Assembly: GCA_963734535.1 (NCBI GenBank)
Contig: CAVTHS010000006.1
Span: 192,001-256,000, forward strand
Length of the DNA: 64,000 nucleotides
Source of the DNA: an uncultured Chloroflexia bacterium
GTDB lineage: Bacteria > Chloroflexota > Limnocylindria > Limnocylindrales > CSP1-4
Direction of reading: 5' to 3'
Position numbers and translations under genes: made by a program. Below the pieces are notes generated by a model. That model searched no databases and was not told the origin of the DNA. It saw only the letters and a list, made by a program, of their open reading frames with translations. The first letter of the stretch is position 1. Every line of letters starts with the position of its first letter. This document shows, one piece after another, positions 9,092 through 18,926 of this stretch.

Positions 9092-11054
9092 GTGACCTCC
9101 AAGGCCACCCGCGCACCCGAGACCGAGACGCCCCCGTTCGAGCCCTGGAGGCTTCCCCTCGATGCCGGGCTGGCCGCCCGGGCGCGCGCGACCGCGGCCA
9201 TGTACGGCGAGGCGGACGCGGACCCCGAGGCGTTCTGGGCCCGGCTTGCGCGCGAGCGGCTCACCTGGTCCACCCCGTTCGGCGTCACCTTGCAGTGGGA
9301 CCTCCCGTTCGCGAAGTGGTTCGTCGGCGGCGAGCTCAACGTCGCCTACAACTGCGTCGACCGGCACGTGGAGCGCGGCCTGGGCGACAAGGTGGCGTAC
9401 CACTGGATCGGGGAACCGGGTGACACCCGCACGCTCACCTACCGCGATCTCCAGGGCGAGGTCAACCGGGCTGCGAACGCGCTGATAGAGCTGGGCGTCC
9501 GCCGCGGCGACCGCGTCGCGATCTACCTGCCGATGGTGCCGGAGCTCCCGATCGCCATGCTCGCGTGTGCCAGGATCGGCGCCGCGCACGTGGTGGTCTT
9601 CAGCGGCTTCAGCGCCGAGGCGCTCGCCGACCGCATCAATGACGCGGGTGCGACGGTCCTCGTCACCGCCGACGGCGGCTGGCGGCGCGGCCGCAGGGTG
9701 GGCCTCAAACACCACGCCGACGAGGCCGTCGCGTCGACGCCATCGGTCCGCCACGTGGTCGTCGTCGGCCGCTTCGGCGACGGCGCCCACATGGTCGAAG
9801 GCCGCGACCACTGGTGGGACGAGCTCGTTGGCCGGCAGTCGGACCGCTGCGAACCGGTCCCGGTCGACTCCGAGCAGGTGCTCTTCGTCCTCTACACGTC
9901 TGGCACCACGGCCAGGCCGAAGGGGATCGTGCACACCTCGGCGGGCTACCTGCTGGGCTGCAGCCTCACCCACGCCACGGTCTTCGACCTCCGGCCGGGT
10001 GATGTCTATTGGTGTCCCGCAGACGTCGGGTCGATCACGGGCCACAGCTACGTCGTCTACGGCCCGCTCGCCAACGCCGCGACCGGGATCCTCTATGAAG
10101 GCGCGCCGGACGCACCGGGGTGGGATCGCTGGTGGCAGATCGTGGAGGAATACCGGGTCACGCTCCTGTACACCGCGCCGGCCGCGATCCGGGCCTTCAT
10201 GCGGCAGGGGGAGGCGCACCCGCGGCGGCACGACCTGGGCTCGATCCGGCTGCTGGGCACAGGCGGCGAGTCGATCACCCCGGAGGCATGGCGCTGGTAC
10301 CACGAGCACGTCGGCGGGGGCCGGGCCCCCATCGTGGACACGTGGTGGCAGACGGAAACCGGGAGCATCATGATCAGCCCGCTACCCGGCGTCACGGCCG
10401 CCAGGCCCGGCTCTGTCGCCCGGCCGCTGCCCGGGATCGGGGTGGAGATCGTGGATGGCTCGGGCAACCCCGTCGCGGATGGCGGCGGCGGATACCTGGT
10501 CCTGACGCGACCGTGGCCGTCGATGCTGCGTGGCATCCATGGAGACGAGGAGCGGTACCGGGCAGACGTACTGGAGCCGCTTCCCGGGGCGCTACCTGAC
10601 CGGTGACGGCGCAAAGCGCGACGAGAACGGTCACGTCTGGCTTCTCGGCCGCGTCGACGACGTCATCAACGTGGCCGGCCACCGGCTCTCGACGATCGAG
10701 GTCGAGACGGCGCTCGAGAGCCACCCGGCGGTCGCGGAAGCCGCCGTGGTTGGCAGGACGGATGACGTGGCGGGCCAGGCGGTCTTCGCCTTCGTCACGC
10801 TCGAGACTGGGCAGACGCCATCGGACGCGCTCGCGGTGCAGCTGCGCGAGCACGTTGCCTACGCCATCGGGCCCATGGCGCGCCCGACGTACCTGATCTT
10901 CACGCCGGACCTGCCCCGGACGAGGTCCGGCGCGATCATGCGCCGTCTCCTGCGCGAGATCGCGGAGGGCCGGTCGCCGGGCGACGCGAGCAGCCTGGCG
11001 GACGCCGGCGTCGTCGGTACGATCCGCGAGCAGGCCGGGCGGGCGGAGGACTGA
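9092..11054 (+). CDS. acs: Acetyl-CoA synthetase homolog, catalytic Lys replaced by Ala; indel near 10560
   Basis: [59 protein letters not shown]; SD GGAGG before GTG 9092; joins ORFs 8996..10606 and 10530..11054. Confidence 0.85.
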
Positions 11055-11058
11055 TCGA

Positions 11059-11715
11059 ATGCCATTCGGGTTCCGTCGCCGCACAGTCGTCGTCAAGGAG
11101 GAGCCCGCGGAGGGCGGGCCGGGAACCTCGCACGCACGCTCCGCCGGCGGCGTCCGAGCCGGCGGAGCGCGGATCGGCGTGCCGTTCGACGGGCTCACCG
11201 AGGAGTGGCGGCTGGTCGGCGTGATGGAGATCGAGGGCCGGCTCCTGGACATCCTCAACCGGCGCGAGGCGATCCCGATCGGGGAGATGACCTGGTCGAC
11301 GCTCGAGGCGCTGGCCGACCTGGAGCCTGCCCCAGGGCTCCAGAAGGTGGACCCGTACGACCTGATCGTCGTGCTCGCGGGTGACCTGACCCTGCCTCCC
11401 CTCGACGAGGCGGAGAAGGCCGCGCTCCGGGTGCACAAGGTCGCCTACGACGTGGTGCTCGAGCTGCCGCCGTATCGCGTGGTGGGCACCGTCTTCCTGC
11501 ACGCGGGATCCGAGCCGGAGCGGCTCATGGATCGAGGCCCGGACCTGTTCTTCCCGGTCACGAACGCCGTCGCGCTCCTTGGCGATCTCCCGATCAGTGA
11601 CCCCGAGATCGACGTCGTGCTGGTCAACCGCTCGTACCTGCGGGGCGTCGAGCAGGTCGACCGATTCATCGTCGAATCCGCGCGAGAGCGGCGGCCGATC
11701 CCTCCCGCGAGCTGA
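11059..11715 (+). CDS. Conserved hypothetical protein with two tandem small beta domains (DUF6812-like)
   Basis: Two units with pattern Y/W-R-[LV]-V-G...RL.D...P[IV]..., ending VLVNR; good codon bias; similar to 51915..52712. Confidence 0.6.
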   Translation: MPFGFRRRTVVVKEEPAEGGPGTSHARSAGGVRAGGARIGVPFDGLTEEWRLVGVMEIEGRLLDILNRREAIPIGEMTWSTLEALADLEPAPGLQKVDPYDLIVVLAGDLTLPPLDEAEKAALRVHKVAYDVVLELPPYRVVGTVFLHAGSEPERLMDRGPDLFFPVTNAVALLGDLPISDPEIDVVLVNRSYLRGVEQVDRFIVESARERRPIPPAS

Positions 11716-11729
11716 GCGGCCGGCGGGCG

Positions 11730-12971
11730 TCAGCCCGCCCGGGCAGGGACCTTGCGCCCGAACAGGCCGCGGATGGACGCGCGGCCTGTCTCCTTCGCGC
11801 GAGGCCTCCCGACGACGCGCTCGGCAAGGGCGTGGAAGTCCTCGGACACCTTCTCGGTCGGGAAGAGGTCGATCACGGTGCGGCCCTGGTTGGCGGCTCG
11901 CACGAGGTAGAGCCCGGCCGAACGGATCTCTGCGAACAACGACATCCCCACCGTGCGCTCCATGTCGGGCACGCTCACGCCGCTGTTGGCGCGATTGATC
12001 ACCAGCGCCAGCTTGTCGCGGAAGCCCAGCTCGGCGGCCACGTCGCGCAGCTGCACCGCGGCGCGGAGCGCCGGGACGTCCGGGGTGACCGGCACGAGGA
12101 TCCGGTCGGCTCGGCTGAACATTGCGCGGTTGAGCACGTCGTAGTCCGGGTGGAGATCGACGACGATCACGTCGAACGACCGTCGCGCGCGGTCGATCGC
12201 CTCCGCGACGGCCGCGGCGTCGATGTTCTCGGTCTTCAGCGGGCTCGATGAGAGGACGAGGACCTTGAGACCCGACGGGTGCGACGCCACGAGCTCCTCG
12301 AGGGTCTCGGTCGCGGCGCCCGGCCCGCCGTCGCGGGTCTCGGCGAGCGAATCGACGAGCGTCCGTACGCCCGACATGCCGAGCGAGCTCGCGATGTGGC
12401 CGGTGACGGTGTCCGCGTCCACGAGGAGGACCGTCCGGCCCATCGCGACCAGGGATGCCGCCAGGTTCACGGCGATCGTGGTCTTGCCGACCCCGCCCTT
12501 CGGGTTGAAGACGGCCAGGAACGTCCCTCGCCGCGACCAGTCGCCGGCCGAGATGGGGCCGGTCTGGAGGACGGCACCGCTGCCGTCGTCAACGGCCATC
12601 TGGCGGATCATCATCGCCTCGATGCGCCAGCGGAGCGCCTCGGGCGAATAGGGCCGGGTGAAGTACTCGTCGTGCGCGCCTGCCCGCCCGGCCGCGCCGG
12701 CCAGCCGGTCGAGCGTGCGCGGCGAGACGATCATCAGGGCCGGGATGTCCCGACCCGGCTCGTGGAGGAGCCCGTAGTACTCGAGCGATTCGTCGAAGTC
12801 GCTCTCGCCGTCGAGGATGGCGACCGCCACGTCGTGGCGGCTGGCGAGGAGCGCACCGAGGTCGTCCGGGCGCGCGACCACGATGGGCTCGAACTCGGCC
12901 TCGCGGAGGACGTCGACGACGTACTGCCGCTCGTCCTCGGGCAGGGCGATCGCGATCGCGGGGCGGGCCAT
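11730..12971 (-). CDS. Atypical receiver domain fused to MinD/ParA/CpaE-type ATPase
   Basis: NPKGGVGKTT, LLVDAD, VIVVDL, LVINR; N-terminal REC-like (VAILDG, FTRPYS); C-terminal IRGLFGR. Confidence 0.85.
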   Translation of the reverse strand: MARPAIAIALPEDERQYVVDVLREAEFEPIVVARPDDLGALLASRHDVAVAILDGESDFDESLEYYGLLHEPGRDIPALMIVSPRTLDRLAGAAGRAGAHDEYFTRPYSPEALRWRIEAMMIRQMAVDDGSGAVLQTGPISAGDWSRRGTFLAVFNPKGGVGKTTIAVNLAASLVAMGRTVLLVDADTVTGHIASSLGMSGVRTLVDSLAETRDGGPGAATETLEELVASHPSGLKVLVLSSSPLKTENIDAAAVAEAIDRARRSFDVIVVDLHPDYDVLNRAMFSRADRILVPVTPDVPALRAAVQLRDVAAELGFRDKLALVINRANSGVSVPDMERTVGMSLFAEIRSAGLYLVRAANQGRTVIDLFPTEKVSEDFHALAERVVGRPRAKETGRASIRGLFGRKVPARAG

Positions 12972-13008
12972 CCGGACGGATCCTTTCGTGTTCGCAGGGC
13001 TGGTCTGG

Positions 13009-14623
13009 TCAGTCCTCGGGGTCGTGTGCGCTCGCGGTCACGACCCCGTCGCGGCCACCCGTGACCCGGGCCTGGAAGCCGGGCAGGGACGGGATCAGGT
13101 CACGCAGGGCGACCTCGCTCTCGTGCTGGACGGTGAACAGGAACTCGCCGTCCGGGCCGGACGAGACGCCCACGTGGCGCACGCCGGCAGCGCGACTGAG
13201 GTGACGCTTGAAGCTGGCGATGCTGGCCACGCTGACGAGCCCGCTGACGATGACCTGGGTCGACGACCGTCGGCACGCTCGGGCCGGCCTCGTCGGGCGC
13301 GGATGTGGATGAGGCGGAGGGGACGAGGCCCGCCAGGCGGGCGGTCAGGTCCTGCTCGTCCATCTCCGGGATGTCCTGGAGCTCGGCGGCCGCCGCCTCG
13401 GCCGCGGCAATCTCGGCCGCGGCGAAGTCCGGCGTCAAGCCGAGCATGGCGATGCGCGGGTCGGGGTCCTGCGTGGACCAGGCCGGCTTGGACGGGTCCG
13501 CGGCGTCGGTCGCGGCGTCCGCGTCGGCTGTCGTTGCCGATCCGGTCTCCACGTCTTCGCCGGTGCCGTCGCCGGACGCGACCGTCTCCGCCTCGAGCGA
13601 GGCGGCCGCCTCGGCGGCGGCCTGGATGGCTGCCATCGCGGCTTCGCGGTCGAATGCGGCGTCGTCGGCCGGCGTCTCGGGCGGGGTCTCGGCGGATGCC
13701 ATGACGAGGCCCGACCTCGAATCCGCCGCGATCGTCGCCGCCACCTCGTCGACGCGCTCCGGCGCCAACTCGGCGACAGGCTCCGGCTCGGCGACCGGCG
13801 CCGGGATCCCGACGGACCGCTCGGTCATGAGGGCCGCGAACGCGGACTCATCCGGCTCGTCGAAGGCGGGCGCCTCCGGCATCTGCTGGGCGCGCGCCGC
13901 GAGGAGCGTGAGGTCGGTCTCGGCGAGCAGCTCGTCGAAGAAGGCCGCCATCTCCGCCTCGAACGCTGCGATCTGTCCCTCGATCCGGGCGACGTCGCGC
14001 TCCACGAGGTCGCGATGACGCGCGAGCTGGTCGTCGAGCTGCCCTCGACGGCCGGTGATCCGGCTCTCGGTCTCTTCCCGGATTCGCGCGATCTCGACCT
14101 TCGACCAGTCCTTGATGCTCGCCACGTCGTCATCGGCGCGCCGGCGGAGCGCGCTTGCGTCCGCGACCGAGCGTCCCTGGATCTGCTCGACATACGCTGA
14201 CCCGTCGACCCGGAACTGCTCCAGGGTCGCTGCACGCGCCTGCTCGGCGGCGACCTGCATCGCATGCGTCAGGTCGGTCAGGAACTTCGTCGGGCGGCGC
14301 GCAGGCGCCGGGCTTTGGGCCGGCGGGGAAGCCGGCGCGTGCGGTGGCGTCGGCACGCTCTCCGCGGCTGGCATCACGGGCATGGGTGGCCGTTCGTCGG
14401 TCCGGTCGATCACGGCGGTCACCTCTTCGACCATTTCGGCCTCGTCCGGTGCTCCGGTGTCGAGCGTGGACGCTGGATCGACGGCTCGGAGATCGGTTTC
14501 GTCGGGCCTGTCGGAATGCGCGCTCGGGCCGTTCCCGGAGGACTCCTCGAAGCCATCGCCGGACGGTGCACGATCGGTGCTCCACGGGAGCCGGAAGCCG
14601 GTTCGCGATTCGGTGGTCGCCAT
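13009..14623 (-). CDS. Long acidic coiled-coil protein (DivIVA/Scy/FilP-like scaffold) with small C-terminal alpha/beta domain; indel near 13255
   Basis: SD AGGAAGGG; coiled-coil FLTDLTHAMQVAAEQARAATLEQFR...EMAAFFDELL; tail TQVIVSGLVSVASIASFKRHL... in frame of ORF 13009..13230. Confidence 0.65.
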
Positions 14624-14719
14624 GCTAAGCGGTCCCTTCCTGGGTCGTCGTGATCGACACGGGTCCTGCACCCGTTGCGGAGCCTAGGGGCCCGGGGCGG
14701 TGCGGTGGAGTTGACTAGT

Positions 14720-14747
14720 GGTACCACCTGGCACCGGCGGTGGTACC
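14720..14747. promoter_or_regulatory. 9-bp inverted repeat in divergent intergenic region (candidate operator)
   Basis: GGTACCACC-N10-GGTGGTACC. Confidence 0.4.
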
Positions 14748-14842
14748 CCCGGCGCTCCCTTCGGTGCAGGCCCGCACCGGATCGGTGCGCGGAGGCGCCA
14801 GCCGCAGCCTCGATCAGGCGGGACGGCTACGATGTCCCGGCC

Positions 14843-15892
14843 ATGAGCGACCCGACACCGGATCCGCGCCCCCGATCCGCCGAGGCGCCGCCGCGCGACC
14901 TGCTGGGCCGGCACCCGCGCGACCTCCGGATCTCGGTGACCGATCGCTGCAACTTCCGATGCGCCTATTGCATGCCCGCCGAGGTCTTCGGCCGCGACTA
15001 CGCATTCCTGCCGCGGTCGCAGATCCTGCGCTACGAGGAGATCGTCCGCCTGGCGGGGGCCTTCGTCCGGCTCGGCGCGGAGAAGCTCCGGATCACCGGC
15101 GGGGAGCCGACCGTTCGCCGCGACCTCCCGGACCTGGTGCGCCAGCTCGCGGTTCTCGACGGCGTGCGCGACCTGACGCTGACCACGAATGGGTCCGCCC
15201 TCCGGACCCTCGCCGCGCCGCTCGCCGACGCCGGGCTGCGGCGGATCACGGTGAGCCTGGACTCCCTCGACGACGCGGTCTTCCGCGCGATGAGCGGGGC
15301 CGACATGCCGGTCGCACGGGTCCTCGACGGCATCGCCGCCGCGCGCGACGCCGGCCTCGCGCCACTCAAGGTCAACATGGTGGTCAGGCGCGGCAGCAAC
15401 GAGGAGTCGATCGTCCCGATGGCGCGCTGGGCGCGCGACGGGAACGTCATCCTGCGCTACATCGAGTTCATGGACGTGGGGACCGCGAACGGCTGGCGGA
15501 TGGACGAGGTCGTGCCGCTGGCGGAGATCGTCGCCCGGGTCGACGGAGTGTTCCCGCTCGAGGCGTTGCCTCCCAACTATCCCGGCGAGGTGGCGACGCG
15601 ATTCCGCTACCGCGACGGGGCCGGCGAGGTCGGGGTGATCGCGTCGGTCACCGCGCCGTTCTGCGGCGCCTGCACCCGCGCCCGGCTGTCCGCCGAGGGT
15701 GAGCTCTTCACGTGCCTCTTCGCGGCGCGCGGGACGGACCTCCGCGGTCCGCTCCGGGACGGCGCCTCCGACGCTGATCTGGAGGCGCTGATCCGATCGG
15801 TCTGGGGCATCCGCGACGACCGCTACTCGGACCTCCGGAGCGCCGGGACCGCGAACCTGCCCCGCGTCGAGATGTTCGCGATCGGCGGCTGA
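14843..15892 (+). CDS. moaA: GTP 3',8-cyclase (molybdenum cofactor biosynthesis)
   Basis: LRISVTDRCNFRCAYCMP, ITGGEP, FCGACTRARL...TCLF, C-terminal MFAIGG. Confidence 0.97.
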   Translation: MSDPTPDPRPRSAEAPPRDLLGRHPRDLRISVTDRCNFRCAYCMPAEVFGRDYAFLPRSQILRYEEIVRLAGAFVRLGAEKLRITGGEPTVRRDLPDLVRQLAVLDGVRDLTLTTNGSALRTLAAPLADAGLRRITVSLDSLDDAVFRAMSGADMPVARVLDGIAAARDAGLAPLKVNMVVRRGSNEESIVPMARWARDGNVILRYIEFMDVGTANGWRMDEVVPLAEIVARVDGVFPLEALPPNYPGEVATRFRYRDGAGEVGVIASVTAPFCGACTRARLSAEGELFTCLFAARGTDLRGPLRDGASDADLEALIRSVWGIRDDRYSDLRSAGTANLPRVEMFAIGG

Positions 15893-15902
15893 GGTTCGCT
15901 GG

Positions 15903-16472
15903 ATGGGCCTGCCCGCTGCGGCGCCGGTCGCGGCGCTCGGGCGTCGGAGCGTCGCGTACATCGTCGACTCGCTGATCATCGGCCTCGCCTACGTCGTGAT
16001 CGGCGTCGTCTTCGACTCCCTCTTCGGGCCGCTCGTCGAGGCGACACCCGACGGGCTGGCGCTCGTGGTGGTCGCGGTCAACCCGCTCCGCGTGGCCCTG
16101 GAGCTCACCGCGACGCTCGTCGTCGACGCGCTCTACTTCGCCGGGTGCTGGTGTCGCTGGGGCGCGACGCCCGCGCAGCGCGTGCTCGGGATCCGGGTCC
16201 GGCTGGCGGATGCCGAGCCTTCGACGCCGGGTGGGCCCCGTGCGCTTCCGGTCGAGGCAGCCGGGCGTCGCTGGGCGGTCCTGGCGATCCTCCCGATCGC
16301 GACGGGCTCCCTGTCGGCGAGCGGTGCCGTCGACGTCAGCGTCCTGGCCCTCGTGAACGGCGCGTGGTTCCTGGTCCTGCTCGTCTCCGCGGCCGTGGAC
16401 CCGCTCCGGCGCGGCCTCCACGACCGTGCCGGGGGCACGATCGTCGTCCCGATCGCCCGCCGTCCCACCTGA
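15903..16472 (+). CDS. RDD family membrane protein
   Basis: GRRSVAYIVD, GATPAQRVLGIRV, RGLHDRAGGTIVV. Confidence 0.85.
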   Translation: MGLPAAAPVAALGRRSVAYIVDSLIIGLAYVVIGVVFDSLFGPLVEATPDGLALVVVAVNPLRVALELTATLVVDALYFAGCWCRWGATPAQRVLGIRVRLADAEPSTPGGPRALPVEAAGRRWAVLAILPIATGSLSASGAVDVSVLALVNGAWFLVLLVSAAVDPLRRGLHDRAGGTIVVPIARRPT

Positions 16473-17253
16473 TGGGTTCGGGCTGCCGGCGGCGCCGTCG
16501 GGGGCCTTCGGTGCCCGCCGCGGGAGGCGACCGATCGGCTGTCAATGGTCCGCAGGGCATTCATCCACACGGCGTCCACACCGCGGCGAAGTTGGTGGAC
16601 GGGCGGAGCGGGCGGACTCGCATCTTCGTGGATAACCGGGTTGCCGGAGGGTTGTCGGGGCGCGATGATCTCCCTGCCCGGAGGGGCTACGACAGCCGAC
16701 GACCCGGCGATCACATCAACGGGTCACGGCGAGGTGATCGGGAGCAATCCCGGTTGCTCTCCCTCCGAGGTCGCGCCGCGATTGCATCAAGGTTGCTTCC
16801 TCGGACGTGGTTCCTCTGGGCACTGCTGTGTCCCGCGCGGGGCCGCCGGTGAGCGCACCCGTGGATCGCCTGACCGCCGGGAACGCGCCGACACCATGTG
16901 GGCGAGGGTCGCCCGGGCGCCGAGCTCCACCCGACCGGAGCGCGCAACCCGGTGTCGCCCACGACGAACCGGTGGCGCCCACGACGAACAGATCGCGCGG
17001 ATCGGGCACCTCCGCCCCGCCGCAGGAAGCGGCGAGCGCCGCTTGTTCGCATTGGGCGACCGATCGGCGAGGATCGGCCCGCCACGCTGGCCCGCGACCG
17101 TGCGATTCGGGCCGTCTGTTCGCCGCAGGCGACCGGCGAGGTGGAGGCCGGCGCGCAGGCCCCGGCTGCTGGGCGATGAGCGTGGAGGCACTCGAACGGA
17201 GGCCGTCGCCGGCGCCGCCGCGCTGGCCGGTCGGCGTCCTGTCGGCGGAGATT

Positions 17254-17280
17254 GCCGGTCGGCGGAGATCGCCGACCGGC
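17254..17280 (-). terminator. GC hairpin directly after cupin gene
   Basis: GCCGGTCGGCG-GAGAT-CGCCGACCGGC perfect 11-bp stem 2 nt after the stop; no U-tract. Confidence 0.45.
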
Positions 17281-17281
17281 G

Positions 17282-17946
17282 TCAGGTCGGCGGGACCAGG
17301 TTCTCGCGATCCGTGAGCGGATCGGCGGCGGGTGTCGCGCACAGGAAGTAGCGCAGTCGCGTTCGCCCGATGTTCGCGATGGCATGCGGGAGCCCCATCT
17401 CCACGCGGACACCCTTCAGCGGCTCGAGCGTCTCCTCCAGCGACCCGACCCGGACCGAGCCGCGCCCCTCGAGGACGACGACCACGTGCTCGGAGGCCAG
17501 GTGGCGGTGCCAGCCGGTCGTGGCTCCCGGATCCAGCTCGATCTCGGACACGCTGAAGCTGAGGGTGCCGAAGTCGCCGGGCTCCACGAGCACGCGATGC
17601 CGAGGCCGGGCGTGGTGATCAGGCGGGCACCCTCGCGGCGCCGGACCGGCTCGCCGGGCCGCGCTCGCCACGACGGCTGGTCGTCGGCCGGGCGAGCGGG
17701 GTCGATGTCGATCGCGGCACGCAGCGCAAGGGCGTCGATGGCTCCGTCGTTGCGGCCGATGCCCTCGTCGGCCGGTGCCTCGTAGAGAACGTCACCGGCC
17801 CGGACGACGACGCGCCGGCTCAGCGCGATCCCGTGCTCGAAGACGATCTCGCCGGCTGCCACGTAGACCACTGCCTCCTGGCCGCGGAGGCGCGGGCTGA
17901 TCTGCCTGCCCGGCGGGATCCGGTCGAGGTGGAGCTGGATCGCCAT
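17282..17946 (-). CDS. Bicupin (two cupin domains); indel near 17610
   Basis: N domain EAVVYVAAGEI...VRAGDVLY; C domain GWHRHLASEHVVVVLEGRG...GLPHAIAN. Confidence 0.7.
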
Positions 17947-17993
17947 GCCCGGGTGGACGCCCATTCGTTGCGCCGTCAGCCGTCGTTGCGCCG

Positions 17994-18854
17994 TCAGCCG
18001 TCGACCACGGCGACGTCGCGACCGGCGGCGCGAGCGGCCTTTGCCTTCTCGGCCCAGGCGCCGAGGACCGAATCGCGGTGCGGCCGGATCGGGCAGTGCT
18101 CGTCCCGGTTGCCCATCTCGTCGCAGTAGCCGAGGGGGACGCACTTGGGGGCCAGGAAGCTTCCCAGGAAGGGGCTGACGGCGAACACCTCGTGGCGGAT
18201 GAGCTGGAAGAGGCGCCGGATTTCCCACTGCGCCATCGTGCACAGCCGGAGCCCCGACATGTGGATCAGCGCCCGCAGGTTCGCGGTCATGACCAGGTTC
18301 GTGCGTGTCGCGTTGGGGAAGACGAAGCGGGCGTCCTCGCCCGGGATCCCCGCGGCAAGCAGCTCGCCGTACAGGTCGAGCGCACCGTCGACCTGCGCCT
18401 CGTACCGGGCGCGAAGCGCCGGGTCCGCGTCCGCGAGCGTCCCCGGGAGCATCGTGGCCGCCCCGGCGTATTTCACGTACCGCTGGCTCTGCTGGTCGAA
18501 GGCGACCCCGGCCCGATGGCGGACCAGCTGGTGGGAGAGCGTGCGGCTGACCCCGCTGATTCCGAACGTGAAGACCACGTGCTCGATCGTGCTGCCGTGG
18601 CCCAATTCGACGACGCCGCTGATCAGCTTCTGCATCTTCGCCCGGTCGATCTCGCCGGATTCCGCGCGCCGGAAGATCTCGGCCGGCTCCAGCTCCGAGT
18701 AGCACGTCCGGCAGGCCGTGTAGATGAGCGGCACGTAGAAGCGCTCGACGATCTCGCGCGACGGGAACAGGAGCGTCGCCTTCATCCCGAGGTCGCGCCG
18801 CCCCGGGTTGGGCTGGATGCCGGGCTTCTCGTGGGTGGGTTGGGACTCGGCCAT
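17994..18854 (-). CDS. thyX: Flavin-dependent thymidylate synthase
   Basis: GHGSTIEH, VSRTLSHQLVRHR...QQSQRY, EDARFVFPN, RLCTMAQWEIR. Confidence 0.96.
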   Translation of the reverse strand: MAESQPTHEKPGIQPNPGRRDLGMKATLLFPSREIVERFYVPLIYTACRTCYSELEPAEIFRRAESGEIDRAKMQKLISGVVELGHGSTIEHVVFTFGISGVSRTLSHQLVRHRAGVAFDQQSQRYVKYAGAATMLPGTLADADPALRARYEAQVDGALDLYGELLAAGIPGEDARFVFPNATRTNLVMTANLRALIHMSGLRLCTMAQWEIRRLFQLIRHEVFAVSPFLGSFLAPKCVPLGYCDEMGNRDEHCPIRPHRDSVLGAWAEKAKAARAAGRDVAVVDG

Positions 18855-18926
18855 GCTCAGCGGAGGATAGCCGGTCGGCAGCGCGCCCGGCGGGCCGGCC
18901 GGCGGCTCCGCAGACCGCTCCGACGC

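Noticed and set aside
9045-9095. 16-aa uORF overlapping the acs start
   Set aside because: ATG is only 3 nt from the -10 box, has no SD, and acs has its own GGAGG
11730-12971. Tad/Flp pilus locus
   Set aside because: No flp, cpaB, cpaF/tadA, tadB or tadC in the window
14640-14842. Moco riboswitch upstream of moaA
   Set aside because: No recognisable consensus, and moaA appears near-leaderless (TACGAT 9 nt before ATG)
16785-16812. SRP RNA (minus strand GTCCGAGGAAGCAACC)
   Set aside because: Lacks the CAGG half of the helix-8 internal loop and the GNRA spacing of GGAAGGAAGCAGC
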